From: Abditibacteriaceae bacterium
Lineage (GTDB): Bacteria; Armatimonadota; Abditibacteriia; Abditibacteriales; Abditibacteriaceae
Reading direction: 5' to 3'
Assembly (NCBI GenBank): GCA_965277285.1
Contig: OZ255721.1
Coordinates: forward strand, 3,232,001 to 3,296,000
Length of the DNA stretch: 64,000 bases
The notes beneath the pieces are model-generated. The model had not been told where the DNA came from and did no database searches. It saw only the letters and a program-made list of their open reading frames with translations. This document shows positions 18,269-28,795 of this stretch, piece by piece; position 1 is the stretch's first letter, and each line of letters starts with the position of its first letter. Position numbers and translations under genes: made by a program.

Positions 18269-20197
18269 CTATCGTCCGCGACGGCCTTCGCTAATGGTGG
18301 CCGCGATGTGATCGTCGTGTTCGCCGGTTTCGGCGGTCGTATGGAAGCCAGGATAGGCGAGAATGCCCATTTCAGGTAAGTCGAGACCGGCGACTTCATC
18401 TTCCGGCTTGGAGCGCAAGCCGATGGTCACATCGATCAATTTGAAGATAATGTAGCTGGACACGAACACCCAGACAACTAAGGCGACGGCGCCAATGAAC
18501 TGCGCGATGAACTGGTTAAATCCGCCGCCGTAAAACAAGCCTTTCAAAGGAACGTTGTTCTTTTGTGCGTCAACCGTCAAGTTCCAGCCTGCGCCATAAG
18601 TGCCGTCAGCGAACAAGCCGACACTGAGAACGCCCCACAAACCGCCGATGCCGTGAACCGAAATTGCGCCGACCGGATCGTCGATTTTGCGCGCTTCAAA
18701 AAAGGCAATTGAAACGCAAACCAGAACACCCGCAATGCCACCGATAATGATAGCGCCCCAGCTATTGACGAAACCCGATGGTGCCGTGATAGCGACCAAG
18801 CCCGCCAGAAAACCGTTGACAACCATCGTCGGATCGGGTTTTTTGGTCTTGGCGTACATATACAACATCGAAGTGATGCCACCCGAACAGGAAGCCAGCA
18901 TCGTAGCGACGGCGACGATGCCGATGCGCAGGTTTCCTGCGCCCGAAGCGCCAAAGGTCGAACCTGGGTTGAAGCCGAACCAACCGAAGGCCAGAATCAT
19001 GGTGCCCAAAATCGCCATCGGAATGTCGTGGCCGGGAATCGCGTTGGCCGTGCCGTCTTTGTTGAACTTGCCGATGCGTGGCCCGATCATCCAAGCGCCA
19101 ATAAGAGCGATCATGCCGCCAACAGCGTGAACGACGCCGCTGCCCGCAAAGTCAACATAACCCACGCCCAAATGCAAGTTGTTACCCAGCTGGCTGAGCC
19201 AGCCGCCGCCCCAAGCCCAATGTCCGAAGATCGGGTAAATGATGATCGGCACAGCCAAACCATAAACCAGGAAGGCGGGGAAGTTGAAACGCTCGGCCAT
19301 GGCACCAGTCGGAATCGTCGCCGCCGCATCCATAAACACGACCTGGAAGAGGAAGAACGCGTAAACGCCGACATCATAGGAGTTGCCGGAGAGAAACCAT
19401 CCATGCGTGGCGAAAATCGACCAGTTGGGCGCGATGGAAACTTTCGCCGCCGCATCCGAAAGTGGAGCTAATCCTCCCAAGTTGGCGATGGGGCCAGCCG
19501 CACCGAACATCAGCGCGAAACCAAAGGCCCAGAAACCGGCCACGCCCAAAAAGTAGATGACAAGGTTCATCATCATCGTGTGAGTAGCGTTTTTAGCGCG
19601 CGTGAAACCCGTTTCGACAAGCGCGAAACCGGCTTGCATGAAGAAGACCAGAAAGCCCGTCAGCAGCAACCAAACGGTGTTGATAGCAATGCGATTCTGC
19701 CCGATGTTGTCGGCCATGAACTGCATTCCAGGCGCGCTCATCGCTTTGGTGACATCGTCTTTTTCCTGAGCAGCTTTTTTGGTGTCGTCAGCGCTGCTGG
19801 AAGCCGCAGTTCCCAGTGTGTGATCGCCCGTTGCCAGATCGCCGCTATTACCCGTGGTTGAACCGGCAGGGTCGCCCACAACTGGCGTCGCTGCGGGTGT
19901 TGCCGCTGCTGCTGCTGAGTTAGATGCGGCATTGGCCGTTGCTATGTTTGCGACCGCATTGGCGGTGACGGCGTTTTCTGTGGCGGTCGTTTGTTCCGAT
20001 TGGGCGGCGTTAGCGACACCAGCGGGACCTTGCGTGCCTTTGCCAGGTTTGGTGCCTTCTGTTTTTGGCGCGTCGGCGGTTTGCGCCCACGCTGCGCCAG
20101 TTCCGAGTACTCGAGCGACGTTGTTTGGCAGAATCGGCAATGCCATCAGGCCGCTCAAAGCCAGGCCGATCCAAACGCTTTTTGTGCGTTGCTTCAT
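18269..20197 (-). CDS. amtB: Ammonium transporter with signal peptide and long low-complexity N-terminal extension
   Basis: FMQAGFALVETG, DFAGSGVVH, WFGFNPGS, NGFLAGLVAITA, DDPVGAISVHG; AAAGGAG RBS before MKQRTK. Confidence 0.93.
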   Translation of the reverse strand: MKQRTKSVWIGLALSGLMALPILPNNVARVLGTGAAWAQTADAPKTEGTKPGKGTQGPAGVANAAQSEQTTATENAVTANAVANIATANAASNSAAAAATPAATPVVGDPAGSTTGNSGDLATGDHTLGTAASSSADDTKKAAQEKDDVTKAMSAPGMQFMADNIGQNRIAINTVWLLLTGFLVFFMQAGFALVETGFTRAKNATHTMMMNLVIYFLGVAGFWAFGFALMFGAAGPIANLGGLAPLSDAAAKVSIAPNWSIFATHGWFLSGNSYDVGVYAFFLFQVVFMDAAATIPTGAMAERFNFPAFLVYGLAVPIIIYPIFGHWAWGGGWLSQLGNNLHLGVGYVDFAGSGVVHAVGGMIALIGAWMIGPRIGKFNKDGTANAIPGHDIPMAILGTMILAFGWFGFNPGSTFGASGAGNLRIGIVAVATMLASCSGGITSMLYMYAKTKKPDPTMVVNGFLAGLVAITAPSGFVNSWGAIIIGGIAGVLVCVSIAFFEARKIDDPVGAISVHGIGGLWGVLSVGLFADGTYGAGWNLTVDAQKNNVPLKGLFYGGGFNQFIAQFIGAVALVVWVFVSSYIIFKLIDVTIGLRSKPEDEVAGLDLPEMGILAYPGFHTTAETGEHDDHIAATISEGRRGR

Positions 20198-20285
20198 TTC
20201 TGTTGTTTCTCCTTTTATCGTGCGTCTAAACGTGAGATGTGTGCTCTTGTCACATAGCAGCATGACAATTTCATAGACAGCAAAA

Positions 20286-20320
20286 CCCGCAGTCTTCCGA
20301 AAATCATGAAGACTGCGGGA
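20286..20320 (-). terminator. Hairpin between the two amt genes
   Basis: cccgcagtcttc-cgaaaatcat-gaagactgcggg with a T-run on the minus strand. Confidence 0.6.
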
Positions 20321-20343
20321 TTGCGAACCGGCGTTGCTACGCT

Positions 20344-22071
20344 TTACATCGTGATATTGCTCGGCGTTGTGCTGACTGAGGAAGCTGTTTGCGGCGTGGC
20401 ATTCATCGCCATGGCACCAGCGGGCGCGCCAACTGGAGCACCGTAATATCCGCCACCGCCACCGCTGTCATGCGTCGGAAATTCGGGATAAGCGTTCGCG
20501 CCATGCTCGTGGTAGTCCAGGCCTTCTTCTTCACCGGCCTGCGAAACACGCAGCGTTCCGGTCGCTTTAACCGCATACATCAAGGCGAGGGAAACCAGGA
20601 ATGTCGCAGCGGTAATCGTCGCGCTGCCAATGAATTGCGCTTCGAGTTGGTTCCATCCACCACCGTAAAACAAGCCTGTGACACCGACGACCGGCGGTTT
20701 GGCGGTTGCGTCGGGAACGGTTGCTCCAGTTGGGCCAGCGGAAACATATTGTCCGCAGGCGAACAATCCAAGGCTCAGCGTGCCCCAGATTCCGGCGAAA
20801 CCGTGAACCGCAACCGCGCCAACCGGATCGTCAACGCGCAGCCACTCAACAAAGTCAACCGCCATCACAACAACCACGCCAGCGACCAGGCCGATGATGA
20901 CGGCGCCCATTGGCGAAACCCAGTAACAAGGGCAGGTGATAGCGACCAATCCCGCCAGGAAGCCGTTGACTGTGATGCCGCAATCCCACTTTTTGCCGCG
21001 CGGGAAGGTGTAGAACAAGGCCGATAAACCCGCCGCACAAGCCGCAAGCGTCGTGTTCGTCGCCACACGTCCAATGCCCTGCGCATCCATCGCCGAAAGC
21101 GTGCTGCCCGGGTTAAATCCATACCAACCGAACCACAGGATAACGCCACCAATAGAAGCCAACAGCAAGTCGTGTCCAGGCGGAAGTCCGCCGCCATCGC
21201 GCTTGAAGACTCGTCCCAGGCGCGGCCCAAGTGCAATAGCGCCCGCAAAAGCGATGAAGCCACCAATTGTGTGAACAACTGTTGAACCGGCGAAATCGTG
21301 GAACGGCGTGCCCAGACCTGGCAGAATGTTGCCAGTGCTGCCCATATTGGCCAACCAGCCGTCCGGGCCCCAGGCCCAGTGACCCAGAATCGGGTAAATG
21401 AAGCCGCTGACGCCGACCGAGTAGATCAAGTCTCCGACAAAGCCAGTACGCCCCAGCATTGCGCCCGATGTGATGGTCGAGCAAGTATCGGCGAAAGCGA
21501 ACTGGAACAACCAGAATGCGATAACTGGAACGCCGGTCGCCCAGTAAGTGGCCGGTGTATTTGCCAGGAAGAAGTAGTTGGCGTTCTTGGCAACAGCATC
21601 CGTCGCTGTCGGGTCGCCATGTCCCAGACCGATCCAGGGATTGCCCCAGGCGAACATCAGAGCGAAGCCGAATGCCCAGAACAAAAGTCCGCATAAGCAG
21701 GTGTCAACGATGCCTTCGAGGATGATGTTGACCGATTCCTTGGTGCGCGCGAAACCAGCTTCGAGCGCCATGAATCCGGCCTGCATGAAGAACACCAGAA
21801 ACGCCGCAACCAGCGTCCAGGCCGTGTTGACAGCGTTGATGGTGTTGGTTTGCGTCGCCGCGATGTCAGCTAACTTGGGCGGTGCATCGGCGTTCGCGTG
21901 CTGAAAGAAGGTGATGCTAACGGCTGTAATGACGCCGAAAATTAAAGCCAGACCGAGCATCTTGGCGGTGAGAGCAAGCGCGAAATTGCGCTTGAACTCT
22001 TTTTGTCCGACGCGTTCGCGGAGCAAACTCCACATCATCTGCATATTACGGGTTGAAAGTGTACGATCCAT
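20344..22071 (-). CDS. amtB: Ammonium transporter (second paralogue)
   Basis: FMQAGFMALEAG, DFAGSTVVH, WYGFNPGS, DDPVGAVAVHG; AGGAG RBS before MDRTLS. Confidence 0.93.
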   Translation of the reverse strand: MDRTLSTRNMQMMWSLLRERVGQKEFKRNFALALTAKMLGLALIFGVITAVSITFFQHANADAPPKLADIAATQTNTINAVNTAWTLVAAFLVFFMQAGFMALEAGFARTKESVNIILEGIVDTCLCGLLFWAFGFALMFAWGNPWIGLGHGDPTATDAVAKNANYFFLANTPATYWATGVPVIAFWLFQFAFADTCSTITSGAMLGRTGFVGDLIYSVGVSGFIYPILGHWAWGPDGWLANMGSTGNILPGLGTPFHDFAGSTVVHTIGGFIAFAGAIALGPRLGRVFKRDGGGLPPGHDLLLASIGGVILWFGWYGFNPGSTLSAMDAQGIGRVATNTTLAACAAGLSALFYTFPRGKKWDCGITVNGFLAGLVAITCPCYWVSPMGAVIIGLVAGVVVVMAVDFVEWLRVDDPVGAVAVHGFAGIWGTLSLGLFACGQYVSAGPTGATVPDATAKPPVVGVTGLFYGGGWNQLEAQFIGSATITAATFLVSLALMYAVKATGTLRVSQAGEEEGLDYHEHGANAYPEFPTHDSGGGGGYYGAPVGAPAGAMAMNATPQTASSVSTTPSNITM

Positions 22072-22460
22072 AGGTCTCCTGGGTCGAGGGGAATAAACGG
22101 CGGGAAATAAACGCGTGGCTTGAGAAACAAAAGGTACGGAAAGAACAGGTGGTTTCTCGCGCCACATTGCGGCACCTGCTCATATTTCGACGGTCGTCCG
22201 TCGCAGCCTGGGGAAGTGATTTCAATTTTTGGGCTTCATGCTGGAGAGCGCGATGCCGGGCGTTCACCTCCTGGTTTATAAATTTCCTGCTTCGCGTTCG
22301 AGGACTCGATTCCTGTTCGAGCATTTCCAATTGGCGCTCAACGCTTGGTGTTGCGTGCTTCAAATTGTGGGCGACAAAGGTTTCGACTTTGTTACAAAAG
22401 CGTGAACAGCGCGTGAGCTTTGCGTAAAAGGTTCGCTTTGAAACCGTATCGCAAACGACA

Positions 22461-22492
22461 AAAGCGCGAATCGAGTACTCGATTCGCGCTTT
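22461..22492. terminator. 32-bp perfect palindrome centred on TCGAGTACTCGA downstream of ispH
   Basis: AAAGCGCGAATCGAGTACTCGATTCGCGCTTT. Confidence 0.7.
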
Positions 22493-22537
22493 CCGGGAAC
22501 TTGCAGAAGCGCATCACAACGCTTCGTGCGACAACAA

Positions 22538-23509
22538 TCAAACCACCATTGGCAAAGTTTTTAATTCTTTGGGCAGCGGAAAAAACACATCTTCGGGAAT
22601 CAGTTCCAGCATTTCAACTTCTGTTGCGCCGCGCCGTTTCAAGTCATTGAGGACGCGTTCAACTAACACTTCAGGCGCGCTGGCTCCAGCAGAAATACCC
22701 GCCACGCGCACGCTCTGGTCAAACCATTCGTCACGAATCGAGCGTTCGTCGTCGATCAGAAAAGCGCGCGTGCCGCAATCCTGGGCGACTTCGCGCAAGC
22801 GCTGCGAATTGGAAGAGTTCTGCGCGCCGACGACCAAAATCAGGTCGCAGCGCGGCGCGAGGTCTTTGACTGCCGCCTGGCGATTGGTCGTGGCGTAGCA
22901 AATATCGCCTTTGGGCGGAACCAGCAAAGCGGGAAACTTCGTCTTCAGAGCGGCTGCGATGTCGCGTGTGTCATCAACGCTTAGAGTGGTTTGCGACAGG
23001 ACGACGATTTTTTCGGGGTCGGGAACGGTGAGTTTTTCAACGTCTTTCACATCGACAATTAAGTGCATCGCGGATGGCGCTTGTCCCATTGTGCCTTCGA
23101 CTTCTTCGTGTCCGGCGTGACCGATGAGGGCAATCGAATAGCCTTGTTTGGCATAGCGAATCGCCTGCAAATGGACGCGCGTGACCAGAGGACAGGTCGC
23201 ATCGATCACGAACAGATGTTTTTGCTGCGCGCGCTGACGAACCACGGGACTGACACCGTGCGCCGAAAAAATGCAGACAATCGGGTTGTCGGGCGTGCCA
23301 TCGGGCACTTCGTCCAGTTCGGAGACGAAAATCGCGCCTTTTTGCCGCAAGGTTTCGACCACGAACTTGTTGTGCACGATTTCCTTGCGCACATAAACAG
23401 GCTGCGTAATTTGCAACGCTTCCTCGACAATATCGACGGCGCGCACCACGCCAGCGCAAAAGCCGCGCGGACGCACCAGCAAAACTTTTTCTAAAGACAT
23501 AATTGTCAC
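22538..23509 (-). CDS. ispH: 4-hydroxy-3-methylbut-2-enyl diphosphate reductase
   Basis: PRGFCAGVVRA, EIVHN, SAHGV, DATCPLV, GHEEVEGT, QTTLS, ICYATTNRQ, NSSNS, AGASAP. Confidence 0.97.
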   Translation of the reverse strand: MTIMSLEKVLLVRPRGFCAGVVRAVDIVEEALQITQPVYVRKEIVHNKFVVETLRQKGAIFVSELDEVPDGTPDNPIVCIFSAHGVSPVVRQRAQQKHLFVIDATCPLVTRVHLQAIRYAKQGYSIALIGHAGHEEVEGTMGQAPSAMHLIVDVKDVEKLTVPDPEKIVVLSQTTLSVDDTRDIAAALKTKFPALLVPPKGDICYATTNRQAAVKDLAPRCDLILVVGAQNSSNSQRLREVAQDCGTRAFLIDDERSIRDEWFDQSVRVAGISAGASAPEVLVERVLNDLKRRGATEVEMLELIPEDVFFPLPKELKTLPMVV

Positions 23510-23650
23510 CTGCTGAAATTATAGCGCAGGTGACGCCCGATTCGAGTACTCGTTGCGCAATAGAATCAAACGTGTTCCAAAACAAAAAGGCATCAGTCAC
23601 AGAAAGTGTCTTCCTGTAACTGATGCCTCAACCAAAATGAGTGCTAAAAC

Positions 23651-24310
23651 CTACGCGATGGCGAAGCTGCGCAGGGCCGATTCGAGTTGCGGTGGCACAA
23701 GCGCGATGATTTCATCGTTGGCCTGGAAAGTCGTTGTTCCATCGGGGACGAAGGCGCCGCCATCGCGCAAAACTGAAATGATTAGCGTGTCTTTGGGCAG
23801 CGTGATCGAGCCTAAGGTTTGCCCGATGAGCGGCGAACGCGTGCCCAGTTCGATTTCGACGGCTTCGACGTTACTTTTTTCCAGAACGCCCAAAAGGTGC
23901 AGCGGCGAGGAGCCGACTTTGCGCCCCAGCAAATCAAGAATAGCGCGCGTGCCGCTGACGCGTTCTTTAATGCCGATCTTCTCGAAAAACTCTTCGTTAT
24001 CAGGGTTGTTGACGCGCGCGATAATGCGCGTTTTGCCAAAACAATGCGCCACCATTTGGCACGTCACCAGGTTGTCGGCGTCATCGCCGGTCGCCACCAC
24101 GATCAAATCGGCGCGCTCGACGCCCGCGTTTTTGAGAACCAGCGGATCGCAACCATCGCCATGCATCACAACGTCGCCTAAATCGGCGGACAAGCGATGG
24201 TATTCTGGACGATTTTTTTCCAGCAGTAGGACTTCGTAGTTTTCGTTGATGAGCGAGCGCGTCAGGTAATAACCGATTTTGCCGCCGCCCGTAATAATTG
24301 CGTATGCCAT
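23651..24310 (-). CDS. trkA: TrkA/KtrA-family RCK protein (RCK-N + RCK-C)
   Basis: IITGGGKIG, GDGCD..LKNAGVERAD, TGDDADN, IARVNNP; C-terminal TrkA_C. Confidence 0.88.
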   Translation of the reverse strand: MAYAIITGGGKIGYYLTRSLINENYEVLLLEKNRPEYHRLSADLGDVVMHGDGCDPLVLKNAGVERADLIVVATGDDADNLVTCQMVAHCFGKTRIIARVNNPDNEEFFEKIGIKERVSGTRAILDLLGRKVGSSPLHLLGVLEKSNVEAVEIELGTRSPLIGQTLGSITLPKDTLIISVLRDGGAFVPDGTTTFQANDEIIALVPPQLESALRSFAIA

Positions 24311-24395
24311 TTTTCTCCAGTGATCAGAAATCGGTGGTCAGTGGTCGATTCGAGTACTCAATTACGATGCTGGCTGACTTTCGACCACGAACTTC

Positions 24396-24860
24396 TTATA
24401 GCGTGTCCAGTGCGCTGGCGTCGCCGAAAACTGGCATTTCGCCGGGCAAGGTCGGGAACGCGCCGTCTTTGACATAGACTTCGAGCAAGCCTTCCAAAAC
24501 CGTTGTCGTGCAAAGCGTTTCGACGCCCATTTCATGAAACTTGGCGGCGCGAATTGGATCGTGCAGCCGCGCCACAACGCGTTGCACGCCGAACTTATGA
24601 CGCGCCAGTTGCGCGACCATCAAGTTGCGGTTGTCGCCGCCAGTCAACGCCAGTACGATTTCAGCCTGGTCGGTGTGTGAGCGCTCTAAAACAGCGACTT
24701 CCAAACCCGAACCCTGTATCGTCAGGCCAGGAAACGAAGTTCCCAAACGCAAAAACGCTTCGCGGTTTTCATCTAAAATCGTGATGCTGTGGCCTTGTAT
24801 CGCCAATCGCATCGCCAGGCGAGAACCAACGCGCCCGCATCCCACAATCACAATGTTCAT
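24396..24860 (-). CDS. trkA: TrkA-family RCK-N-only protein
   Basis: IVIVGCGRVGSRLA, TGGDNRN, VARLHDP. Confidence 0.85.
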   Translation of the reverse strand: MNIVIVGCGRVGSRLAMRLAIQGHSITILDENREAFLRLGTSFPGLTIQGSGLEVAVLERSHTDQAEIVLALTGGDNRNLMVAQLARHKFGVQRVVARLHDPIRAAKFHEMGVETLCTTTVLEGLLEVYVKDGAFPTLPGEMPVFGDASALDTL

Positions 24861-24929
24861 AAGAAAATATCGCCCTTTCGAGTACTCGATTCCTGATTTA
24901 CGATGTTTTAAGCTGCGGCGTTTGAACCC

Positions 24930-27002
24930 TTACGCGTGCGGCGTTTGCGCATGTTCGTCCGCGTAAGTATCGACTGTGACCAGATGGTTTTCGACGTGGT
25001 GGCCGTTGTGTCCATTGCTGCCGTTTCCTGTGCCGCTGGCGCGAATATCGTCATCTTCCGGGACATACGCTTCGATGTGATATGGCACGCTGGTAACGAC
25101 AACGCCTGGCTTGAACAGCAAGCGCAACTTCAAAGTCAGGCTGGCATGTCCGTGCAAAAACTTGGCGAAAGTTCCCGCCGGTACGAATTCGGGAATGACA
25201 ATCGTCGTGACCGAGTTCGGTTCTTGCTTTTGCAAGCGGTCGATGTAATCCATAATCGGGTGATTGAGCGAGCGGTACGGGCTGGGCAAAATCACCAAAG
25301 GCATGCCGCGCGACCATTGCGTCCAGCGTTTGCGCAGGCGTTCTTCGCGCGTCGGGTCAATTGAAACGTGAATGGCGCGCGCATCTTCGGAAATTGTGCG
25401 CGCATATTGCAAAGCCGGAATGACGCCGCGATGAATGTCGGGCGCGAGAACTAAAACGTGATGCCGCAAGCCTTGCGACGGACGATAACCTTCCAGGCTA
25501 AGCTGCTTGGCCACGCTGCGATAATGCGATTTGACGCGCAGGAAGAACCAGACCAGCATCGGAATCAGGATGATGACGACCCAGGCGCCGTAAGCGAACT
25601 TGACCGCCGCAAAAATCAACGTCACAATCGCGGTGGCGACGGCGCCCGTTCCATTGACAACCGCTTTGCCGTGCCAGCCCGGAGTTTTGAGGTCGAACCA
25701 ATGCTTCACCATGCCGGCTTGCGACAGCGTGAACGAAAGAAACACGCCAATCGCATACAGCGGAATCAAGCTATCGACCTGGCCGCGAAAGACAACGATC
25801 AAAATCGTGCTGAAAATCGCCAGCACCGCGATACCGCGATCAAACACCAATTTGTCGCCGATGTTGGCGAACTGGCGCGGCATGAAACCGTCCCGCGCGA
25901 TGATCGAACTCAAGCGCGGAAAGTCTGCGAACGACGTGTTGGCAGCCAAAATCAAAATCAGCGCGGTCGCAATCTGCAAGAACCAGTACAGGATGTTGCC
26001 AACTGGCGTCGTGTTGTCGAAAACCATGCGACCGACTTGCGACAAAACCGTTTCGCCCAACTGGTCTTTGCTGCCGGGCAAAATGGCGTTCGGCGGCAGT
26101 GCGTGAATCTGCATCGCCAGATAACTCAAGCCCAGGAACATCGTGCCCAAAATGCCAGCCATCCACAACATTGTCGTGGCGGCATTCTTCGAGGACGGTT
26201 CCTTGAAGGCGGGAACGCCGTTGGAAATCGCTTCGACTCCCGTCAAAGCCGTACAACCCGACGCGAAGGCGTGCAAAATCAGGTAGAGACCAAGAAAACG
26301 GCTCAAGCCGCCAAAACCATTGACGTGATGCGAAATCGGGCCGCCTTCCGCGCCGCCGCCCGCATTGGCGAAATCAGCGGGTGGGTGAGCCGCTGGTAGC
26401 CCGTGTGCCCCCATGATTTTATACAGGCCAATGCCAATCATCACATACATAATGGTGATGAACGAATAAGTCGGAATGGCGAAGATCGTTCCGCTTTCGC
26501 GCACGCCGCGCAAGTTCATCAACGAAATAAACGCAACCGAAACGACGCACATCAAGACGACTTCGTTTTGCGTCATGTTGATGTGGTTCGTTTGCAAAAG
26601 CGACGCGACCGCCGCCACGCCCGCCGCCACGCTGACCGAAACTGTGAGTACGTAATCGACCAGCAACGAAGCGCCCGCGATTTGCGCCGGAAGTTCGCCC
26701 AGGTTTTCGCGCGACACGATATAAGAACCGCCGCCGCTTGGATACGCCATGATCGTCTGGCGATAACTTGTGGCGACAATCACCAGCAAAACCACGATGC
26801 CCAGGCTGAGCCACGGCGTCAAGCCGAAAGTTCCGGTTCCCGCGACCAGCAAGGCGCCCATAATCGCTTCGGTCGCGTAAGCTACAGACGACAAAGCATC
26901 TGAAGCGAAAACCGGCAAGGCGATGATTTTGGGAATTTTTTCGTGATGCGCGCGGTCGGTCGCAATCGGCTGGCCGATCAGTATTCGCTTGATAAGTGAC
27001 AT
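24930..27002 (-). CDS. APC-family permease, KimA/YdaO-like
   Basis: PVFASDALSSVAYATE, SYRQTIMAYPSGGGSY, ALTGVEAISNGVP, AANTSFADFPRL, LIPLYAIGVF; cytoplasmic SPYRS..IPEFV domain. Confidence 0.88.
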   Translation of the reverse strand: MSLIKRILIGQPIATDRAHHEKIPKIIALPVFASDALSSVAYATEAIMGALLVAGTGTFGLTPWLSLGIVVLLVIVATSYRQTIMAYPSGGGSYIVSRENLGELPAQIAGASLLVDYVLTVSVSVAAGVAAVASLLQTNHINMTQNEVVLMCVVSVAFISLMNLRGVRESGTIFAIPTYSFITIMYVMIGIGLYKIMGAHGLPAAHPPADFANAGGGAEGGPISHHVNGFGGLSRFLGLYLILHAFASGCTALTGVEAISNGVPAFKEPSSKNAATTMLWMAGILGTMFLGLSYLAMQIHALPPNAILPGSKDQLGETVLSQVGRMVFDNTTPVGNILYWFLQIATALILILAANTSFADFPRLSSIIARDGFMPRQFANIGDKLVFDRGIAVLAIFSTILIVVFRGQVDSLIPLYAIGVFLSFTLSQAGMVKHWFDLKTPGWHGKAVVNGTGAVATAIVTLIFAAVKFAYGAWVVIILIPMLVWFFLRVKSHYRSVAKQLSLEGYRPSQGLRHHVLVLAPDIHRGVIPALQYARTISEDARAIHVSIDPTREERLRKRWTQWSRGMPLVILPSPYRSLNHPIMDYIDRLQKQEPNSVTTIVIPEFVPAGTFAKFLHGHASLTLKLRLLFKPGVVVTSVPYHIEAYVPEDDDIRASGTGNGSNGHNGHHVENHLVTVDTYADEHAQTPHA

Positions 27003-27296
27003 CGAAAATCCTTAGAAGTGCGTTAAACGGGAAAATTCTGATCTGTTCTGTGCGCTTTTTCACAAGCGCACAGGCGCATAGATTATCGCGTGCTTTGTGC
27101 TCTGTCAATACAGATTCGAGTACTCGATTGCGACTTGAGCATCGCTTGAGCACAAAGCGAAACACCTTTGAAACAAAGTGGCACTTTGCACAAGGAAAAT
27201 CTCTAATTCCACCTTAACGCGTTTTGTGTCAAAATCTTCTGCGGCGCGGATTTTGCGACACGCCGCGCCGCTCTCTTTGAAGGAACTTCTTTTTTC

Positions 27297-28610
27297 ATGT
27301 TGCTTAAACCCGGCGAACATTTGGAAGGCGCGCACGGCTCGTACGAAATGATCGAAGTGATCGGCCAGGGCGCTTATGGCACGGTTTTTCGCGCGCGCGA
27401 CGCCGAAGGCAATTTCGTCGTCGTCAAGCAACTCTTCGACACCGGCTCCAGCAGTCCCGAAGATTTCGATTATCAGCGCAAACTGTTTCGCCGCGAAGCC
27501 GAAATTCTGACGCAAATCAATTACCCGAAAATCGCGCGCGGCATCGAACTCATCGAACGCGACCCCGATTTGTTCTTTGTGCTGGAACTGGTGCAAGGCC
27601 AAAGTCTGCGCAAACTCTTCGACGATTGGCGCGTCGCGCACAACAATCAGCCATTTCCGCCCGAAACCGTCGTCGCCGTCGGTATCGAAATTTGCGACAC
27701 CTTGCATTACGTTCATATGCTGCCCGGCCAGATCATTTACCGCGACTTGAAGCCGGAAAACGTGATGTGGGACGGCGTTCACCAAGTTTGCAAACTCATC
27801 GATTTCGGCACCGCGCGCTTTTCCGCCAAGTCGAAAAAAGTGACTCAAGGCTTGGGAACCGAAGGCTACGCGCCGCCCGAACTGTATTCGACGCGCGCCG
27901 ATGTAACCTTTAGCGCCGATGTTTTCACCATTGGCGCCGTCATGTACGAACTGTTGACCGGCGAATCGCCCGAGCCAAAAATCACGCCGCGCGACTTTCG
28001 CGGCTACGATCCACAAATTCCCGATGGCCTGAAAAAGATTGTTTTGAAAGCGTTGCAAATTGATCCATTGAGTCGTTTTCAAACGGCGGGCGAAATGGGC
28101 GATGCTTTGCGCGCCCTGGGAATGGACGAGAATAAGCCCAGTCTGGAAGCCGTCGGCGCCGGACGCGCAACCAACTTGCATCCGCTTTTGTCGTGCTTTT
28201 GTCCCAACTGCGGCGCCGTCCCGCGCACGGATCGCGCGCTGTTCTGCGGCAAATGTCGCACGCCGATTCATACCGTAATGCTGCGCGTTTTGCCGCGTAA
28301 CGCGCCACCGACTTTGCTTTATTTGCAAAAAGAAGAAGCGCTTTTGGGCCGCACCGATCCCGACACCGGCGTTTTTCCCGACATTGACCTGAGCCGTTTC
28401 GATACGGGACGTTTTGTCAGCCGCCGTCATGCGACCATTAAACGCGACGGCACGCGCTTTTTCCTGACCTCAAATCCAACGCTCAACCCGACGCGCGTCG
28501 ATGGTTTCACGGTTTCGCCGGGCGCGACGGTTCCCTTGCAAAACGGCGCGCGCCTGGAGTTCGCCGATCTGGTGTCCAACTTCATCATTCGTCCCGTTGT
28601 GCAAGCGTGA
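27297..28610 (+). CDS. Ser/Thr protein kinase with Zn-ribbon and C-terminal FHA domain
   Basis: IGQGAYGTV, YRDLKPEN, DFG, GTEGYAPPE; CPNC..CGKC; LGRTD..VSRRHA. Confidence 0.92.
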   Translation: MLLKPGEHLEGAHGSYEMIEVIGQGAYGTVFRARDAEGNFVVVKQLFDTGSSSPEDFDYQRKLFRREAEILTQINYPKIARGIELIERDPDLFFVLELVQGQSLRKLFDDWRVAHNNQPFPPETVVAVGIEICDTLHYVHMLPGQIIYRDLKPENVMWDGVHQVCKLIDFGTARFSAKSKKVTQGLGTEGYAPPELYSTRADVTFSADVFTIGAVMYELLTGESPEPKITPRDFRGYDPQIPDGLKKIVLKALQIDPLSRFQTAGEMGDALRALGMDENKPSLEAVGAGRATNLHPLLSCFCPNCGAVPRTDRALFCGKCRTPIHTVMLRVLPRNAPPTLLYLQKEEALLGRTDPDTGVFPDIDLSRFDTGRFVSRRHATIKRDGTRFFLTSNPTLNPTRVDGFTVSPGATVPLQNGARLEFADLVSNFIIRPVVQA

Positions 28611-28622
28611 TAAATATGATGG

Positions 28623-28726
28623 AAAGTAAGAGTTTGTCATTCTGAGCGCAGCGAAGAATCTGGCTTAGAATATAGATTCGGGTGCCCTTTGGGCGGACTG
28701 CGCTCAGAATGACAAACTCTTACTTT
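28623..28726. repeat. TGTCATTCTGAG-family long inverted repeat, copy 1
   Basis: aaagtaagagtttgtcattctgagcgcag...ctgcgctcagaatgacaaactcttacttt. Confidence 0.85.
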
Positions 28727-28795
28727 TTCGGCGTCATTGCACTTTCTATATAACCTCTCAGAATGACATGCTACAAGTTTTGAGTACTCGATCTT

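Noticed and set aside
20247..20268. TnrA/GlnR box upstream of amt
   Set aside because: The dyad spacing is N10 rather than the canonical TGTNA-N7-TNACA; noted only as an unassigned dyad.
22046..22363. 105-aa minus-strand ORF upstream of amt as a PII or regulator gene
   Set aside because: No PII motifs, overlaps the amt start, and coding status is unsupported.
27003..27296. c-di-AMP (ydaO) riboswitch upstream of the KimA-like gene
   Set aside because: I could not see the conserved riboswitch elements by eye; an Rfam covariance search is needed.
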